Below, one piece after another: positions 37,992 through 48,186 of a stretch of DNA of 64,000 nucleotides. Positions within the stretch are counted from its first letter, which is position 1. Each line of letters starts with the position of its first letter. The DNA is taken from NCBI GenBank assembly GCA_049513715.1, contig JBEKVV010000002.1, forward strand, positions 496,935 to 560,934, given 5' to 3'. The position numbers and the translations under genes are program-made. The notes beneath the pieces are model-generated. The model had not been told where the DNA came from. It ran no database searches and saw only the letters and a program-made list of their open reading frames with translations. The DNA comes from Candidatus Bathyarchaeia archaeon (lineage in GTDB: Archaea > Thermoproteota > Bathyarchaeia > 40CM-2-53-6).

Positions 37992-39011
37992 GTGTTGTCA
38001 TCAACTTTCTCCGGGAAAAGAATTCTAGTGGTCGGTGGGACAGGCTCAATAGGCGGCGCTCTTGTCCGAGACTTGCTGAAACACAACGTTGCTGTGATTC
38101 GGGTGCTAAGCAACGATGAGAACGGCCTGTTCGAAATGCAGCAGGAGTTGGGCGAAAGGCCCGACCTCAGGTTTCTGTTGGGAGACGTGAGAGATAGGGA
38201 GAGACTAGCACTTGCCCTGAGGGACATAGACATAGTTTTTCACGCAGCAGCACTCAAACACGTGCCGATTTCAGAATACAACCCGTTCGAGGTAGTTCAG
38301 ACGAACGTGATTGGAACTCAGAATCTTCTGGAGGCGTCGGTTCGGGGGGGCGTTGAGAAATTTGTTTTTATCAGTACTGACAAAGCAGTGAACCCCGTCA
38401 GCACGCTTGGCGCCTCGAAGCTTCTCTGCGAGAAGCTTGTGCTTGATGCCGCCTCGTACAGGGGGCCGAAACTCACGGCCTTCAGTTGCGTGCGTTTCGG
38501 CAATGTGCTGGGCACTAGAGGCTCCGTGACCAACACCTTTCTTTCGCAGATCATGAAAGGCGGTCCAGTAACTATCACTCGAGAGGATATGACACGGTTT
38601 GTCATTCTTCCGGAAGAAGCTGTTCAACTTCTCCTCAGAACGGCTGAGACTGCCCGCGGAGGCGAGATTTTCGTTATGAAAATGGACGGCGCACGCATAG
38701 TGGACTTAGCACACGCAATGATTGATGAGTTAGGACCCCGATACGGCTTCAAGCCGGAGAATATCCGCATAGAGCAGATTGGGATGAGAGCTGGCGAGAA
38801 GTCGTATGAGGAGTTGATGACCGAGGAGGAGGCGATTCGTAGCTTCGAGTTCGGCAAACTCTACGTGATTGTTCCATGGAATCAAGCGACCCAAGGGTAT
38901 TCGGGTTTCAAGCCAGCGAAGATAAGTAAGTACACCTCGAAGGACGTAAAACTCTTGAATGTTGATGAACTCAGACAACTCTGCAGAAAAATACCAACCG
39001 TGACTGGTTAG
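37992..39011 (+). CDS. NDP-GlcNAc 4,6-dehydratase (CapD/PglF/PseB-like SDR)
   Basis: GGTGSIG, HAAALKHVP, STDKAVNP, RFGNVLGTRGSV, MTRF. Confidence 0.92.
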   Translation: MLSSTFSGKRILVVGGTGSIGGALVRDLLKHNVAVIRVLSNDENGLFEMQQELGERPDLRFLLGDVRDRERLALALRDIDIVFHAAALKHVPISEYNPFEVVQTNVIGTQNLLEASVRGGVEKFVFISTDKAVNPVSTLGASKLLCEKLVLDAASYRGPKLTAFSCVRFGNVLGTRGSVTNTFLSQIMKGGPVTITREDMTRFVILPEEAVQLLLRTAETARGGEIFVMKMDGARIVDLAHAMIDELGPRYGFKPENIRIEQIGMRAGEKSYEELMTEEEAIRSFEFGKLYVIVPWNQATQGYSGFKPAKISKYTSKDVKLLNVDELRQLCRKIPTVTG

Positions 39012-39088
39012 AAAGCAAGCGGCCAGGGGTTCACTAGAGTTCGAATGCACGCTCGAATTCGCACACAGTTCGGGCTGAGGTTTCTGGG

Positions 39089-40972
39089 TTGACTAAACTA
39101 GTCTTCGCTCCTGAAAAGGCAAAAATCCCTGAATCATTGAAGGGCGCCGAAGTCATAACACAAGATCAGCTGAGGGCATATACGCCGGCTGGTTCGGTCC
39201 GACGCGCGCTTGAATGGGTTCACAAAGTTGCTGAGGCGCCTGTCGACGGGTCGAGCCTTCTGGATTTGATGTGGTATGATGATGTGTCACTATGGTGGTT
39301 TGCCAATACTCTTCTTTTTTCCTCGGCTAGGGGTGCCGTACTTACGATCGAGCAAGTCGAAGGCGTCTTACGAGAAAAAACCCCCGACGAGGTCATTATC
39401 AAGGGGCTCGGGGAGACTGAGGGAATCATTGCCCAAGTCTGCCAGCGGAACGCCGTCAAATACACACATCCAAGGAAATGGTTCAGCACAGAAACATACG
39501 CGGACAATTTCAAGATAGCTGCAGGGCGTCTTCTCATCAGGATGAAAGAGTATAGGAGAAGGCGACTCTTCAAGGCTCAACGCAAAGCCACCTCAAAGAC
39601 ACCGCGCGTTCTCTTCCTTTCACCATCAATCAACTGGAGACCAGTCTGGAACTACGACTCGAGTAGTTGGGAAAGAAGAGATGTCTTCATGGGCCGCGTC
39701 ATGGATGTGGCAAGCAAGCTAGGCCATGAATTGATTTGTGTCGACGTGGATTATTCACTCGACGGAAGAGTAGCCGTTCTGCGCGAGAAATTAGGAAGTG
39801 AGTCGCGGTGGGTTCCTTTCGAGCAATACCTTGACAGAATAGCTCTAGCCGAGCTGAAGGGGAACCCAGATTTTCGCAAATTGGCCAGAGTTTTCCAGAC
39901 AGTCTCCCAAAGCCCAGCGTTCAAAGATGGCTTGCAGTATCACTCGATTCGCCTCTGGGATTTTCTTGAAAGCAGGTTCCGGCGCCTCTTCTCCGATATC
40001 CATCTGCTGAACTACGCGAAGATACTAGAGGGTGCGCGGCGAATGGTTCAAGTCGAAAGGCCCGACGCCCTCGTAATGACCTACGAAACTGGTGCGTATG
40101 CGAGGGCTTCAATCGTAGCCGCGCAGGAAATGGGTATTCCATCATTAGGTATCCAACATGGCTTCTTTACGGACGAGAGCGCCGAATACATGCACACTGG
40201 GACCGCGCTCACAAGGTCCGAGAGTGGTTGCCCAATCCCGACACGAACAGCGGTTGGCGGAACATACGCAAAGGACCTACTGACCAGAGTGAGCACTTAC
40301 CCTGAATCAAGCGTGGTGGTGACCGGCCATCCAAAACACGACGACCTAGTCGATCTGATGAAACATGAGTCAGCACTCAGTAGGGGACAGATGCTCAGTG
40401 CTGTGGGCCTCGCCTCCTCGAACAAGACAATCATCGTGGCCTCGGGAGGATTCCACCTGAAATACGGATGGGTCCAGGAGTACGACAAGTACCTTCTTGA
40501 AACTACGTTAGACGTTGCTTTGAAGCGCAATGACACCCAGCTGTTGCTTAGACTCCACCCCATGGAGGACGGTGAGATGCAACGCAAAGCAGTAGAGGGG
40601 CGAAAGGGGGTTCAATGGGCGATGGTGAAAGGTGAAAGAAACGACCTGTTGTGGGCGAGTGATTTGTTTGTTACGTTGAATTCTGCGACGGCCCTCGACG
40701 CTCTCATTCTGAAGAAACCTGTGCTGATGTTTGAAGCCCGTCAAGGGGAAGTTCCGATGGTAGATATGGGAAATGCTGTCAGTAGGTACACTCTGAAAAA
40801 TCTAGGTGAAAAGCTCGAAGCGGTGCTCAATGATTTGCCTGCTGCGATGGTAGAGAGATCAATCGTGCAGGCTGAGATTCAGAGGCACGCGAATTCGGTT
40901 GATGGTAGCGCAAGCGCCCGAGTTGCTAAGCTGCTGGATGAGCTGGCGCGGAACCACGGGAGCCGCTTATAG
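39089..40972 (+). CDS. Large GT-B-like protein, candidate nonulosonate transferase
   Basis: IQHG, VTGHPKHD, LRLHP, NSATALDA, DGSASARV. Confidence 0.6.
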   Translation: MTKLVFAPEKAKIPESLKGAEVITQDQLRAYTPAGSVRRALEWVHKVAEAPVDGSSLLDLMWYDDVSLWWFANTLLFSSARGAVLTIEQVEGVLREKTPDEVIIKGLGETEGIIAQVCQRNAVKYTHPRKWFSTETYADNFKIAAGRLLIRMKEYRRRRLFKAQRKATSKTPRVLFLSPSINWRPVWNYDSSSWERRDVFMGRVMDVASKLGHELICVDVDYSLDGRVAVLREKLGSESRWVPFEQYLDRIALAELKGNPDFRKLARVFQTVSQSPAFKDGLQYHSIRLWDFLESRFRRLFSDIHLLNYAKILEGARRMVQVERPDALVMTYETGAYARASIVAAQEMGIPSLGIQHGFFTDESAEYMHTGTALTRSESGCPIPTRTAVGGTYAKDLLTRVSTYPESSVVVTGHPKHDDLVDLMKHESALSRGQMLSAVGLASSNKTIIVASGGFHLKYGWVQEYDKYLLETTLDVALKRNDTQLLLRLHPMEDGEMQRKAVEGRKGVQWAMVKGERNDLLWASDLFVTLNSATALDALILKKPVLMFEARQGEVPMVDMGNAVSRYTLKNLGEKLEAVLNDLPAAMVERSIVQAEIQRHANSVDGSASARVAKLLDELARNHGSRL

Positions 40973-40979
40973 ATAGTCG

Positions 40980-41481
40980 TTACATGCCTTTTCTTCTTGG
41001 AGATCCTACGAAGCCACCCTGCACCAGCGTGGTCAGCTTCTTCTCCAAGTCATCCAGCTGCGCGATTTCCGATTCTGTCAAAAGGCGATTCGTTTCGGCA
41101 AGCTTCCGGATTAACCTCAACTGTAAGAGCGTGACAGGTGTGGTGACTTCTATTGAAATGCCCGGCGCGAGCTTGTATGAGTAGGGATTTCCTTCCACTG
41201 CTATGTCGGCTTCGCTGCTGAACAGGCCGCTGCGCTTGTAGTGAACCCAGCCGATTATCATGGACGATGGGCCACCTATTATGGTGGCCAAAAGGGCGAA
41301 TGGTACGAATTTGGGAAAGATGACCAGCAGGTCTGGTATGTTTCTTTATTGCCAGATAGTACACTGTAATGAGCGTTGAGACGTAACCGAGGATGAAAGT
41401 TAGGTAGGTCGCGTAACCCAGCCTGAAATAGAACCATCCGCGATAAATGCCCTTCGGGCTAATGAAACTTAGCAATCTCAA
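40980..41481 (-). pseudogene. Frameshifted paralog of the 58213-58695 membrane protein
   Basis: The N-half (GWFYFRLGYATYLTF...YYLAIK) and C-half (NIPDLLVIFPKF...EADIAVEGNPY) lie in different frames; one extra A at 41341-41343. Confidence 0.75.
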
Positions 41482-41717
41482 TTTCCAGCACAGCCGAGTT
41501 CGACCTGCTGCTGCGGTAGACAAGCTATTGTTCGCCTCATAGCATACAAATGAACCCTAGGTGGGGTACAGACAGAGTTCAATCATTGCTCGATTTCGTT
41601 GAGCAAGTCTCCTCTCGTTTGGAAGGCACGTTTGAACTGGCTTCATTCTGGAAGGTTGAGCGCGTAAGGTTATCTGATTGAAGCCTGACTATCTCGCCGG
41701 AGAAAGGGCGCGGACTT

Positions 41718-42695
41718 TTGACAGCCAAACTCAGCCTCATTCGTACAGCAGTCGGCAGTCCCCCGGCCGCAGGGCTAATAGTTCTGCTAAGGGCGAGGGG
41801 TGTGCGTGTGATCGGAACTGATAGCAACCCGTTTTCCTCAGGCCTGTACCTAGCAAGCAAAGGTTATGTTGTGCCAGAAGCCAGCGATCCGCAATATCTA
41901 GATGAACTGTTGAAGATTAGTGATAAAGAGAAACCGAAGCTCATAATCTCTGGCCCCGAAGAAGAGACCCTCAAACTCTCCAAGAACAGAACATCATTTG
42001 ACGAACGGCGTATCTTGCTTCTGTGTCCAGATCACGCGACTGCATCGACATTCGCAGACAAGATCAAGACTCATGAGAGTTTCACTCGATTCAGAATTCC
42101 CACCCCGGAAATTTATGACGTAGATAGTGCGCGTTTTCCATGCATCCTGAAACCTCGATTTGGCAGGGGAGGCCGGCAGGTCTTCAAGGTCGAAAATCGA
42201 GAAGAGCTGAACGCTCTGATTAGGCGGGTGAGCGATCCCGTAGTACAAGAGTACGTCGACGGAGAGGAGTACTCCGTCGACACTTTCGCGGATATGGGAG
42301 CCAATCCATTGTCGGTAGTTCCTAGACTCAGACTTAGAGTTGAGTCAGGAGTTTCTGTCAAGGGCATGACGGTTCAGGATGAGGAGATTATCCACATTTG
42401 TGAGCAAATGGTGAAGGACTTCAAGCTCGCAGGCCCCGCCTGCATACAATGCGTCAAACGTGAGGGGGAACTCAGGTTCACAGAAGTCAATACGAGGTTT
42501 GGTGGAGGCTCCATTTTGTCAATGAAAGCCGATCCCTCCATAGTTAGCAATATCATACGCCTGGGACTCGGAAGAACGCCAATTCGGAGCAAGGGATTCA
42601 GAGCCGGGTTGGTCATGTTGAGGTACTATTCTGAAGTCTATCTCTCGGAACGTCAGGTGAAGAAGAGTATCATGGGGAAAGGAAAAATAGGATGA
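41718..42695 (+). CDS. ATP-grasp domain protein
   Basis: DK, LKPRFGRGG, VQEYVDGEEYSVD, EVNTRFGGG. Confidence 0.88.
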   Translation: MTAKLSLIRTAVGSPPAAGLIVLLRARGVRVIGTDSNPFSSGLYLASKGYVVPEASDPQYLDELLKISDKEKPKLIISGPEEETLKLSKNRTSFDERRILLLCPDHATASTFADKIKTHESFTRFRIPTPEIYDVDSARFPCILKPRFGRGGRQVFKVENREELNALIRRVSDPVVQEYVDGEEYSVDTFADMGANPLSVVPRLRLRVESGVSVKGMTVQDEEIIHICEQMVKDFKLAGPACIQCVKREGELRFTEVNTRFGGGSILSMKADPSIVSNIIRLGLGRTPIRSKGFRAGLVMLRYYSEVYLSERQVKKSIMGKGKIG

Positions 42696-43354
42696 TTAAG
42701 TCGATCGTTTTCGATTTGGACAACACGCTCTACGACGCCCGCCAATACTTCTCAGGAGCCTTCAAGGACATCGCGAAATACCTCTCTGCCCAATATGGCC
42801 TATCGCAGCGAAAGGCCTGGAAAGTCTTGATGGACACTTGGGTGAAGAGGACGAGTGCGTACCCGTACTTGTTTGACGATGCGTTGGCTTCTCTTGGTGT
42901 TAGGTGTGATATGAAACAACTAGTTAGAGTCTTTAACAACTACTCCGCGGAAATAACTCCGTATCACGATACTGTGCCCACTCTGAGGGCTCTGAGGAGG
43001 AGAGAAGTGAAACTTGGAATTCTGACCGAAGGTAACCCTTCCAGGCAGAGAAGAAAGATACGGCTGCTTGGGCTCCGAGATCTCTTCAAAGTAGTTGTGG
43101 TTGTAGGAAAGGGGACTTCCAAATCATCTCCCAAGCCATTCTTGAGGACACTTAGGGCTTTGAGGGGAAGACCAAATGAGAGCCTATATGTTGCTGACAA
43201 TCCTCTCTTGGACTTTCGTGGTGCCAAGACTGCAGGGATGGGAACGGTGAGGCTCTTAAGAGGGGAATTCAAACGCGTTCCCAAGAACGAAGACATTGAC
43301 CTGGAAATTCGGAGGCTTGGGCGAATACTCTCAATCCAGAGACAACCCGCATGA
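42692..43354 (+). CDS. HAD-superfamily hydrolase
   Basis: FDLDNTL, ILTEG, K, ADNP..D; ATGA overlap with the upstream gene. Confidence 0.88.
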   Translation: MIKSIVFDLDNTLYDARQYFSGAFKDIAKYLSAQYGLSQRKAWKVLMDTWVKRTSAYPYLFDDALASLGVRCDMKQLVRVFNNYSAEITPYHDTVPTLRALRRREVKLGILTEGNPSRQRRKIRLLGLRDLFKVVVVVGKGTSKSSPKPFLRTLRALRGRPNESLYVADNPLLDFRGAKTAGMGTVRLLRGEFKRVPKNEDIDLEIRRLGRILSIQRQPA

Positions 43355-44511
43355 AACCTCGAGAAATCGCAGTGGTAACGGGGTCCCGGGCAGAGTACGG
43401 CATGTTGAAGCCGTTGCTGGAGAAGATTCAGAAATCAAAACGCTTGAGGCTGCGACTGGTTGTAACGGGCATGCATCTTTTGAGGGAACATGGCCTGACT
43501 CTCCGAGAAATTGAGAAGGACGGTTTCAAACCCGCAGCCAAGGTCCCAATGTACTCGGGCGATTCCTCCCAAGAAGAGTATTTTGGAAAAAGCTTAGCAC
43601 GTGGCATCGCAGGTCTCTCTGAGGCGCTCAAGGAAATTCGGCCAGACCTGCTTGTGGTTTTAGGTGATAGGCTGGAGTCGCTGGCGGCCACTCTGGCGGC
43701 GGCGACGTTGAGGATTCCGATTGCCCACGTGGAAGCCGGTGATAAGACTGACAGTGGGCATATTGATGAACCGATTCGGCACTCGATCACGCGGTTTGCT
43801 AACGTCCTCTTCGCGGCGACATTGAGGAGTGCGAAGAGGCTGATTGAGATGGGAGAGGAGAGTTGGAGGGTTCATAGGGTTGGGGCGCTGGGGCTTGATG
43901 CAATTTTGAATTATCCACCTATCTCCGAGAAAAAGTTGGCTGAGAAATTTCACTTAGACACTAGTGAACCGTACGCGCTTGTGGTTTTTCACCCCGTTCA
44001 CTTGGAGAAGGAAAGCGCCGGGAGGCAGATGCGAGAGGTCATTGATGCTCTGAAGGAATTGAAACCAATTTCCATCATTATTTATCCGAACAACGACCCG
44101 GGAAGCGAGCACATAATTGCTGAGATTGAGAAATCGAGGAACCTGCCATTTGTGAGAATCTATCGCAACCTGCCTCACGATGAGTATGTCAGCCTGCTGA
44201 AGCACGCGGGGGTGTTGGTTGGAAATTCGAGCAGCGGTATCATCGAAGCCCCTTCACTTGGTATTCCTGTGGTTAATGTTGGTTCTAGGAATGTTGGGAG
44301 GGAGCATGCGCAAAACGTAATATTCGTACCCCCAAGAAAGAACCCGATCATAAATGCGATCAAGAAAGCATTACACGACTACGGGTTCAGGAAGTCGCTT
44401 AGGAAGCGCCGAAACCCATATGGTGACGGTAAAGCCAGCGAGAGAATCGTGAGGGTTTTGGCAAACGTACAGTTCAATACCAAATTGCTGCAGAAGCGGG
44501 TAACGTACTGA
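43351..44511 (+). CDS. neuC: Hydrolysing NDP-GlcNAc/bacillosamine 2-epimerase (NeuC/LegG)
   Basis: TGSRAEYG, TGMHL, LGDR.E, DEPIRHSIT, FHP, GNSSSG, PYGDG. Confidence 0.92.
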   Translation: MKPREIAVVTGSRAEYGMLKPLLEKIQKSKRLRLRLVVTGMHLLREHGLTLREIEKDGFKPAAKVPMYSGDSSQEEYFGKSLARGIAGLSEALKEIRPDLLVVLGDRLESLAATLAAATLRIPIAHVEAGDKTDSGHIDEPIRHSITRFANVLFAATLRSAKRLIEMGEESWRVHRVGALGLDAILNYPPISEKKLAEKFHLDTSEPYALVVFHPVHLEKESAGRQMREVIDALKELKPISIIIYPNNDPGSEHIIAEIEKSRNLPFVRIYRNLPHDEYVSLLKHAGVLVGNSSSGIIEAPSLGIPVVNVGSRNVGREHAQNVIFVPPRKNPIINAIKKALHDYGFRKSLRKRRNPYGDGKASERIVRVLANVQFNTKLLQKRVTY

Positions 44512-44521
44512 GGGTTGAGGG

Positions 44522-45274
44522 ATGGCGCAGGAGAAATGGGACGAGATCTACACGAAACGGTTCGGTGGAATGTGGTACCCAGATGAAGGTCTCGTCAGGT
44601 TCGTCGCAAGATCCCTGCGAAGGAGAGTAGGGGTGGATGCTTATGAAGAAAAACGACCCGTCGGGAAAGTCCTTGATGCAGGTTGCGGCCATGGTAGGCA
44701 TTTAGTGTTCTTTGCGGAGCAGGGGTTCGAAATCTACGGCGCAGACATTTCGAAGGACGGTCTGCAGGTCGCTCGTGCGTGGTTGAGGAAAAGAGGATTG
44801 ACGGCTTACCTGCAGGCCGGGGATTTAACAAAGCTGCCCTTCCGGCCGGAAACCTTCGATGTAGTGGTTTCCTATGGGGTGCTTGACCACATCCATGCTG
44901 GGCAGGCAGTCGAGGCGATGCATGAATTCGGGAGAGTGTGTACGAAAGGAGCCTATGTTTACGTGACCCTAAGGTCCACGGAAGACTGTGAATACGGGCG
45001 CGGTGAGAAGACCGAACGCAACACCTTCGTCCTTCAGGAGGGTTATGAGAAGGGCTTGATCCAGCACTTCTATGACTTACAGGACCTGTCAGAATTGTTG
45101 AAGGGTTTTCGGGTCTTGGATATTGAATGCCATGAAGAGAGTTTCCCACGTTCCTTCAGTGTAGACAAGGCATTTCTGCAGAGTTCGCGAGGGTTCGGAG
45201 GGCAAGTCGATCTATCGAATCTAGGTTCATTCCTGAAATATTCTAGGTGGCATATTGCCGCCGAGAAGGTATAG
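44522..45274 (+). CDS. Class I SAM-dependent methyltransferase
   Basis: VLDAGCGHGRH, GADIS, FDVVVS. Confidence 0.88.
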   Translation: MAQEKWDEIYTKRFGGMWYPDEGLVRFVARSLRRRVGVDAYEEKRPVGKVLDAGCGHGRHLVFFAEQGFEIYGADISKDGLQVARAWLRKRGLTAYLQAGDLTKLPFRPETFDVVVSYGVLDHIHAGQAVEAMHEFGRVCTKGAYVYVTLRSTEDCEYGRGEKTERNTFVLQEGYEKGLIQHFYDLQDLSELLKGFRVLDIECHEESFPRSFSVDKAFLQSSRGFGGQVDLSNLGSFLKYSRWHIAAEKV

Positions 45275-45284
45275 AGTGGCCGAG

Positions 45285-45947
45285 ATGAGAGTACTCGTAG
45301 TGGCGCCTCATCCTGACGATGAGGTGCTTGGAGTAGGCGGCACCATAGCGAAACACAGCATGAAGAAGGATGAGGTCTACCTTTGCATCGTCACGAAGGC
45401 ATACACGCCCGACTGGTCGGAGCAGTTTATTGGAAACCGGAAGACCGAGGTGCTCAAGGTTAACGAGATCCTAGGAATCAAGAAAACGCATTTCCTCGAT
45501 TTTCCGACAGTGAAACTCGACACAGTCCCTCAAAAAGAACTCAACGACAGAATTGCTGGATACGTCAAAGAAGTATCGCCGGACATCGTTTACGCGCCGC
45601 ATAGAGGGGATGTAAACGTGGATCACAGGCTGGTTTTCGAGGCAACCTTCGTGGCGACTCGTCCGACCGTCAACCCTGTGAGCAAACTGCTCACGTATGA
45701 GACGCCTTCTGAAACGGACCTTGCCCCGCCCTTTAGCGTCAACGTCTTTATTCCGAACGTGTACGTTGACATATCTGAAACACTCGAGACTAAGATCAGA
45801 GCGATGAGTGTCTACACGTCTGAGGTCAAGGAGTTTCCGCACCCGCGTTCCGTGAAACTTCTTTCAGCCCTTGCGACGAAACGAGGCGCCGAAGCTGGAT
45901 TGCATGCGGCTGAAGCGTTCATGTTGATGAGAGAAATAGTCCGATGA
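45285..45947 (+). CDS. PIG-L/LmbE family N-deacetylase
   Basis: VAPHPDDE, DVNVDH, FPHPRS, AEAF. Confidence 0.9.
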   Translation: MRVLVVAPHPDDEVLGVGGTIAKHSMKKDEVYLCIVTKAYTPDWSEQFIGNRKTEVLKVNEILGIKKTHFLDFPTVKLDTVPQKELNDRIAGYVKEVSPDIVYAPHRGDVNVDHRLVFEATFVATRPTVNPVSKLLTYETPSETDLAPPFSVNVFIPNVYVDISETLETKIRAMSVYTSEVKEFPHPRSVKLLSALATKRGAEAGLHAAEAFMLMREIVR

Positions 45948-46114
45948 GCTGGTTTGCTCGCGCAGAGACCACTGCGACATGAGAGGTTTTGAAGTGCTGA
46001 AACACAAGCGACCGCCCTCCGCAGGGATAAATTATGCCCGACCGCTGCTAAGCCTTTGATACTCTATCCGTAACTTGAAATATCCTGTGAAGCGTGGTAG
46101 GCGAAGATTCCATT

Positions 46115-47077
46115 ATGGACAGACTCCGCGTGGCCGTGATTGGTGCCGGGGGCATGGCGCGGCGGCATATGGAGGTGCTCAGCTCTCTTGCAGATGTGGA
46201 ACTCGCAGCCCTGAGCAGCCGTGGCGTTGAGAAACTTGAGAAGTTGGCGAAAGAGTTCGGGATTCCAGATCGGTATCGGGACAATGAGCAAATGCTTGAA
46301 AAGGTACGGCCGGACGCGGTTATTGTTGCGGTAAGCGCATTGAACAATTATGAAGTGACTTTGTCCTGCATCAAGCGACGCGTACCCACTCTTCTGGAGA
46401 AGCCGCCAGGACTGACGGTGGCAGAAAGCGAACGCCTGCTGCAAGCATCAAAAGAATACCCCGGCCAGTACATGGTGGCGCTCAACCGAAGGTTCTACAG
46501 CATCGTTCAGGCTGGAAAGAAACTCCTTGACGAATCGGGTGGGCTTGTCTCTGTGTTGGTTCAAGCGCCTGAGGACATTGCGGCTATACGGGCGATGAAT
46601 TTTCATCCGCCCGAGGTTTTGACTCATGTGCCCGCGGCAAACGGAATTCATTGCATTGACCTGTTGCGCTTTTTCGGCGGAGATGTTCTTCAGGTTCATG
46701 CGTTGTCGTCTATTTGGAGGGACACTGTGCGGAATAGTTACGGAGCGGTTTTGCGGTTCAAGAGCGGAGTCATAGGACACTATGTTGCCAACTGGACTGC
46801 GCCGGGTCGTTGGGAAGTTACACTTTACGGGTTCGACATGAGGGTTGACTACAGCCCGCTGGAGAGCGCGTCGGTAACCCGGCGGGATGGGTCAAAATCA
46901 GATGTCCCCAAAGAAGACGTAGACATGAAGTTCAAACCCGGATTCTACAAGCAAGACCGATTCTTCATGGACCGCGTTAAAGACGGAGGCAGGATTGAAC
47001 GCCCTGCAGCTGACCTAGAGGACGCACTGGGCACAATGCGACTTGTGGAGGCAATAGCGTGCTCGCAGACGAGCTAG
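46115..47077 (+). CDS. Gfo/Idh/MocA oxidoreductase
   Basis: IGAGGMA, LEKP, NRRF, H.IDL. Confidence 0.88.
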   Translation: MDRLRVAVIGAGGMARRHMEVLSSLADVELAALSSRGVEKLEKLAKEFGIPDRYRDNEQMLEKVRPDAVIVAVSALNNYEVTLSCIKRRVPTLLEKPPGLTVAESERLLQASKEYPGQYMVALNRRFYSIVQAGKKLLDESGGLVSVLVQAPEDIAAIRAMNFHPPEVLTHVPAANGIHCIDLLRFFGGDVLQVHALSSIWRDTVRNSYGAVLRFKSGVIGHYVANWTAPGRWEVTLYGFDMRVDYSPLESASVTRRDGSKSDVPKEDVDMKFKPGFYKQDRFFMDRVKDGGRIERPAADLEDALGTMRLVEAIACSQTS

Positions 47078-47088
47078 AGTAGAGTACA

Positions 47089-48117
47089 TTGACAAAGAAA
47101 GTACGCGCTGGAATAATTGGTTTCGGTCGAATGGGTAGACGCCATCTAGAAGCGTATTTGAAAAATCCACAAACTGAGATTGGCGCATGTTGCGACGTGA
47201 ACCCTGATGCACTGAAATTCCTTGATGCCCGCGAAATCGACTGCAACCGATATACCGATTGGCGTGAAATGCTGAGAGATGAGTCGTTCGACGTTCTCAG
47301 CGTTGTCACAAATGGACCTACTCACGCTGAAATCACCATTGAAGCCGCAAAGGCGGGGATTCGTCGCATTATATGTGAGAAACCCATGGCGACCTCAATT
47401 AAAGACGCAAAACGAATGATTGACGCGACCGAAGAGAGTGGAATAAGGCTCGTCATCAACTATTCAAGACGCCTATCTGCTTCCTACAGGAAGCTGAAGG
47501 ATTCGCTGCGGGAAGGCATCATCGGTCAGTTGTGTGAAATTCGTTGTGTATGCGGCGGAGGGTTGCTTGCGTGTAACGGCTCGCACTTCCTGGATCTGAT
47601 GTATTTCCTCTTCGATTCGGAGCCGACGTCGGTGGTCGGTTTTGTCGATAAGAAAGGAACACCGAACCCAAGGGGGGCTCAGTACACGGATCCTGGTGCT
47701 TTCGGACTTGTAACGTTCGGGCATCGGATGCGCGGGTTTCTTGACATGTATGAGGACTTGGGCATTCCGCCCAGAATCGAGGTTGTGGGGAGTGTCGGAC
47801 GGGCAATCATAGTTGAGAGTAGTGATACTTGGCAAATCGAATCGCGGCAAGGAAAGGATAGGCTGGAGCCATTGGGTAGGTATGACCTTCCGCTGAAATC
47901 ATCCCCCTTTCAGGTTGAGCCGTTGGACGCCACTCAACTCACGGGGAAAATTATCTCAGAGGTACTCGGTGATGGCCCGATAGTCTGCAGTAGGGAAAAC
48001 GGTTTGGCAGCGCTGGAAATGGTTATGGGCTTTCACGCATCTGACCAGATGGCTAACACGCCTGTGCCCATACCGCTTCCAAGCAAGTTCGAAGAAATGA
48101 CCATCAATTTCACTTAG
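47089..48117 (+). CDS. Gfo/Idh/MocA oxidoreductase
   Basis: IGFGRMG, CEKPMA, NYSRR, GSHFLD. Confidence 0.88.
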   Translation: MTKKVRAGIIGFGRMGRRHLEAYLKNPQTEIGACCDVNPDALKFLDAREIDCNRYTDWREMLRDESFDVLSVVTNGPTHAEITIEAAKAGIRRIICEKPMATSIKDAKRMIDATEESGIRLVINYSRRLSASYRKLKDSLREGIIGQLCEIRCVCGGGLLACNGSHFLDLMYFLFDSEPTSVVGFVDKKGTPNPRGAQYTDPGAFGLVTFGHRMRGFLDMYEDLGIPPRIEVVGSVGRAIIVESSDTWQIESRQGKDRLEPLGRYDLPLKSSPFQVEPLDATQLTGKIISEVLGDGPIVCSRENGLAALEMVMGFHASDQMANTPVPIPLPSKFEEMTINFT

Positions 48118-48186
48118 CGATGGTCTGTGAATTGATTCCGACTCTCTACCTGTGGGCATGGCACGCAAGCGTTGTTAGGTGATTAG

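Noticed and set aside
39040..39070. GTTCGAAT resembling a tRNA T-loop
   Set aside because: Flanks do not pair into a T-stem and there is no cloverleaf.
41335..41350. Programmed frameshift in the membrane-protein paralog
   Set aside because: No canonical slippery heptamer or evident stimulatory structure, and the intact paralog needs no shift; mutation or sequencing error is more likely.
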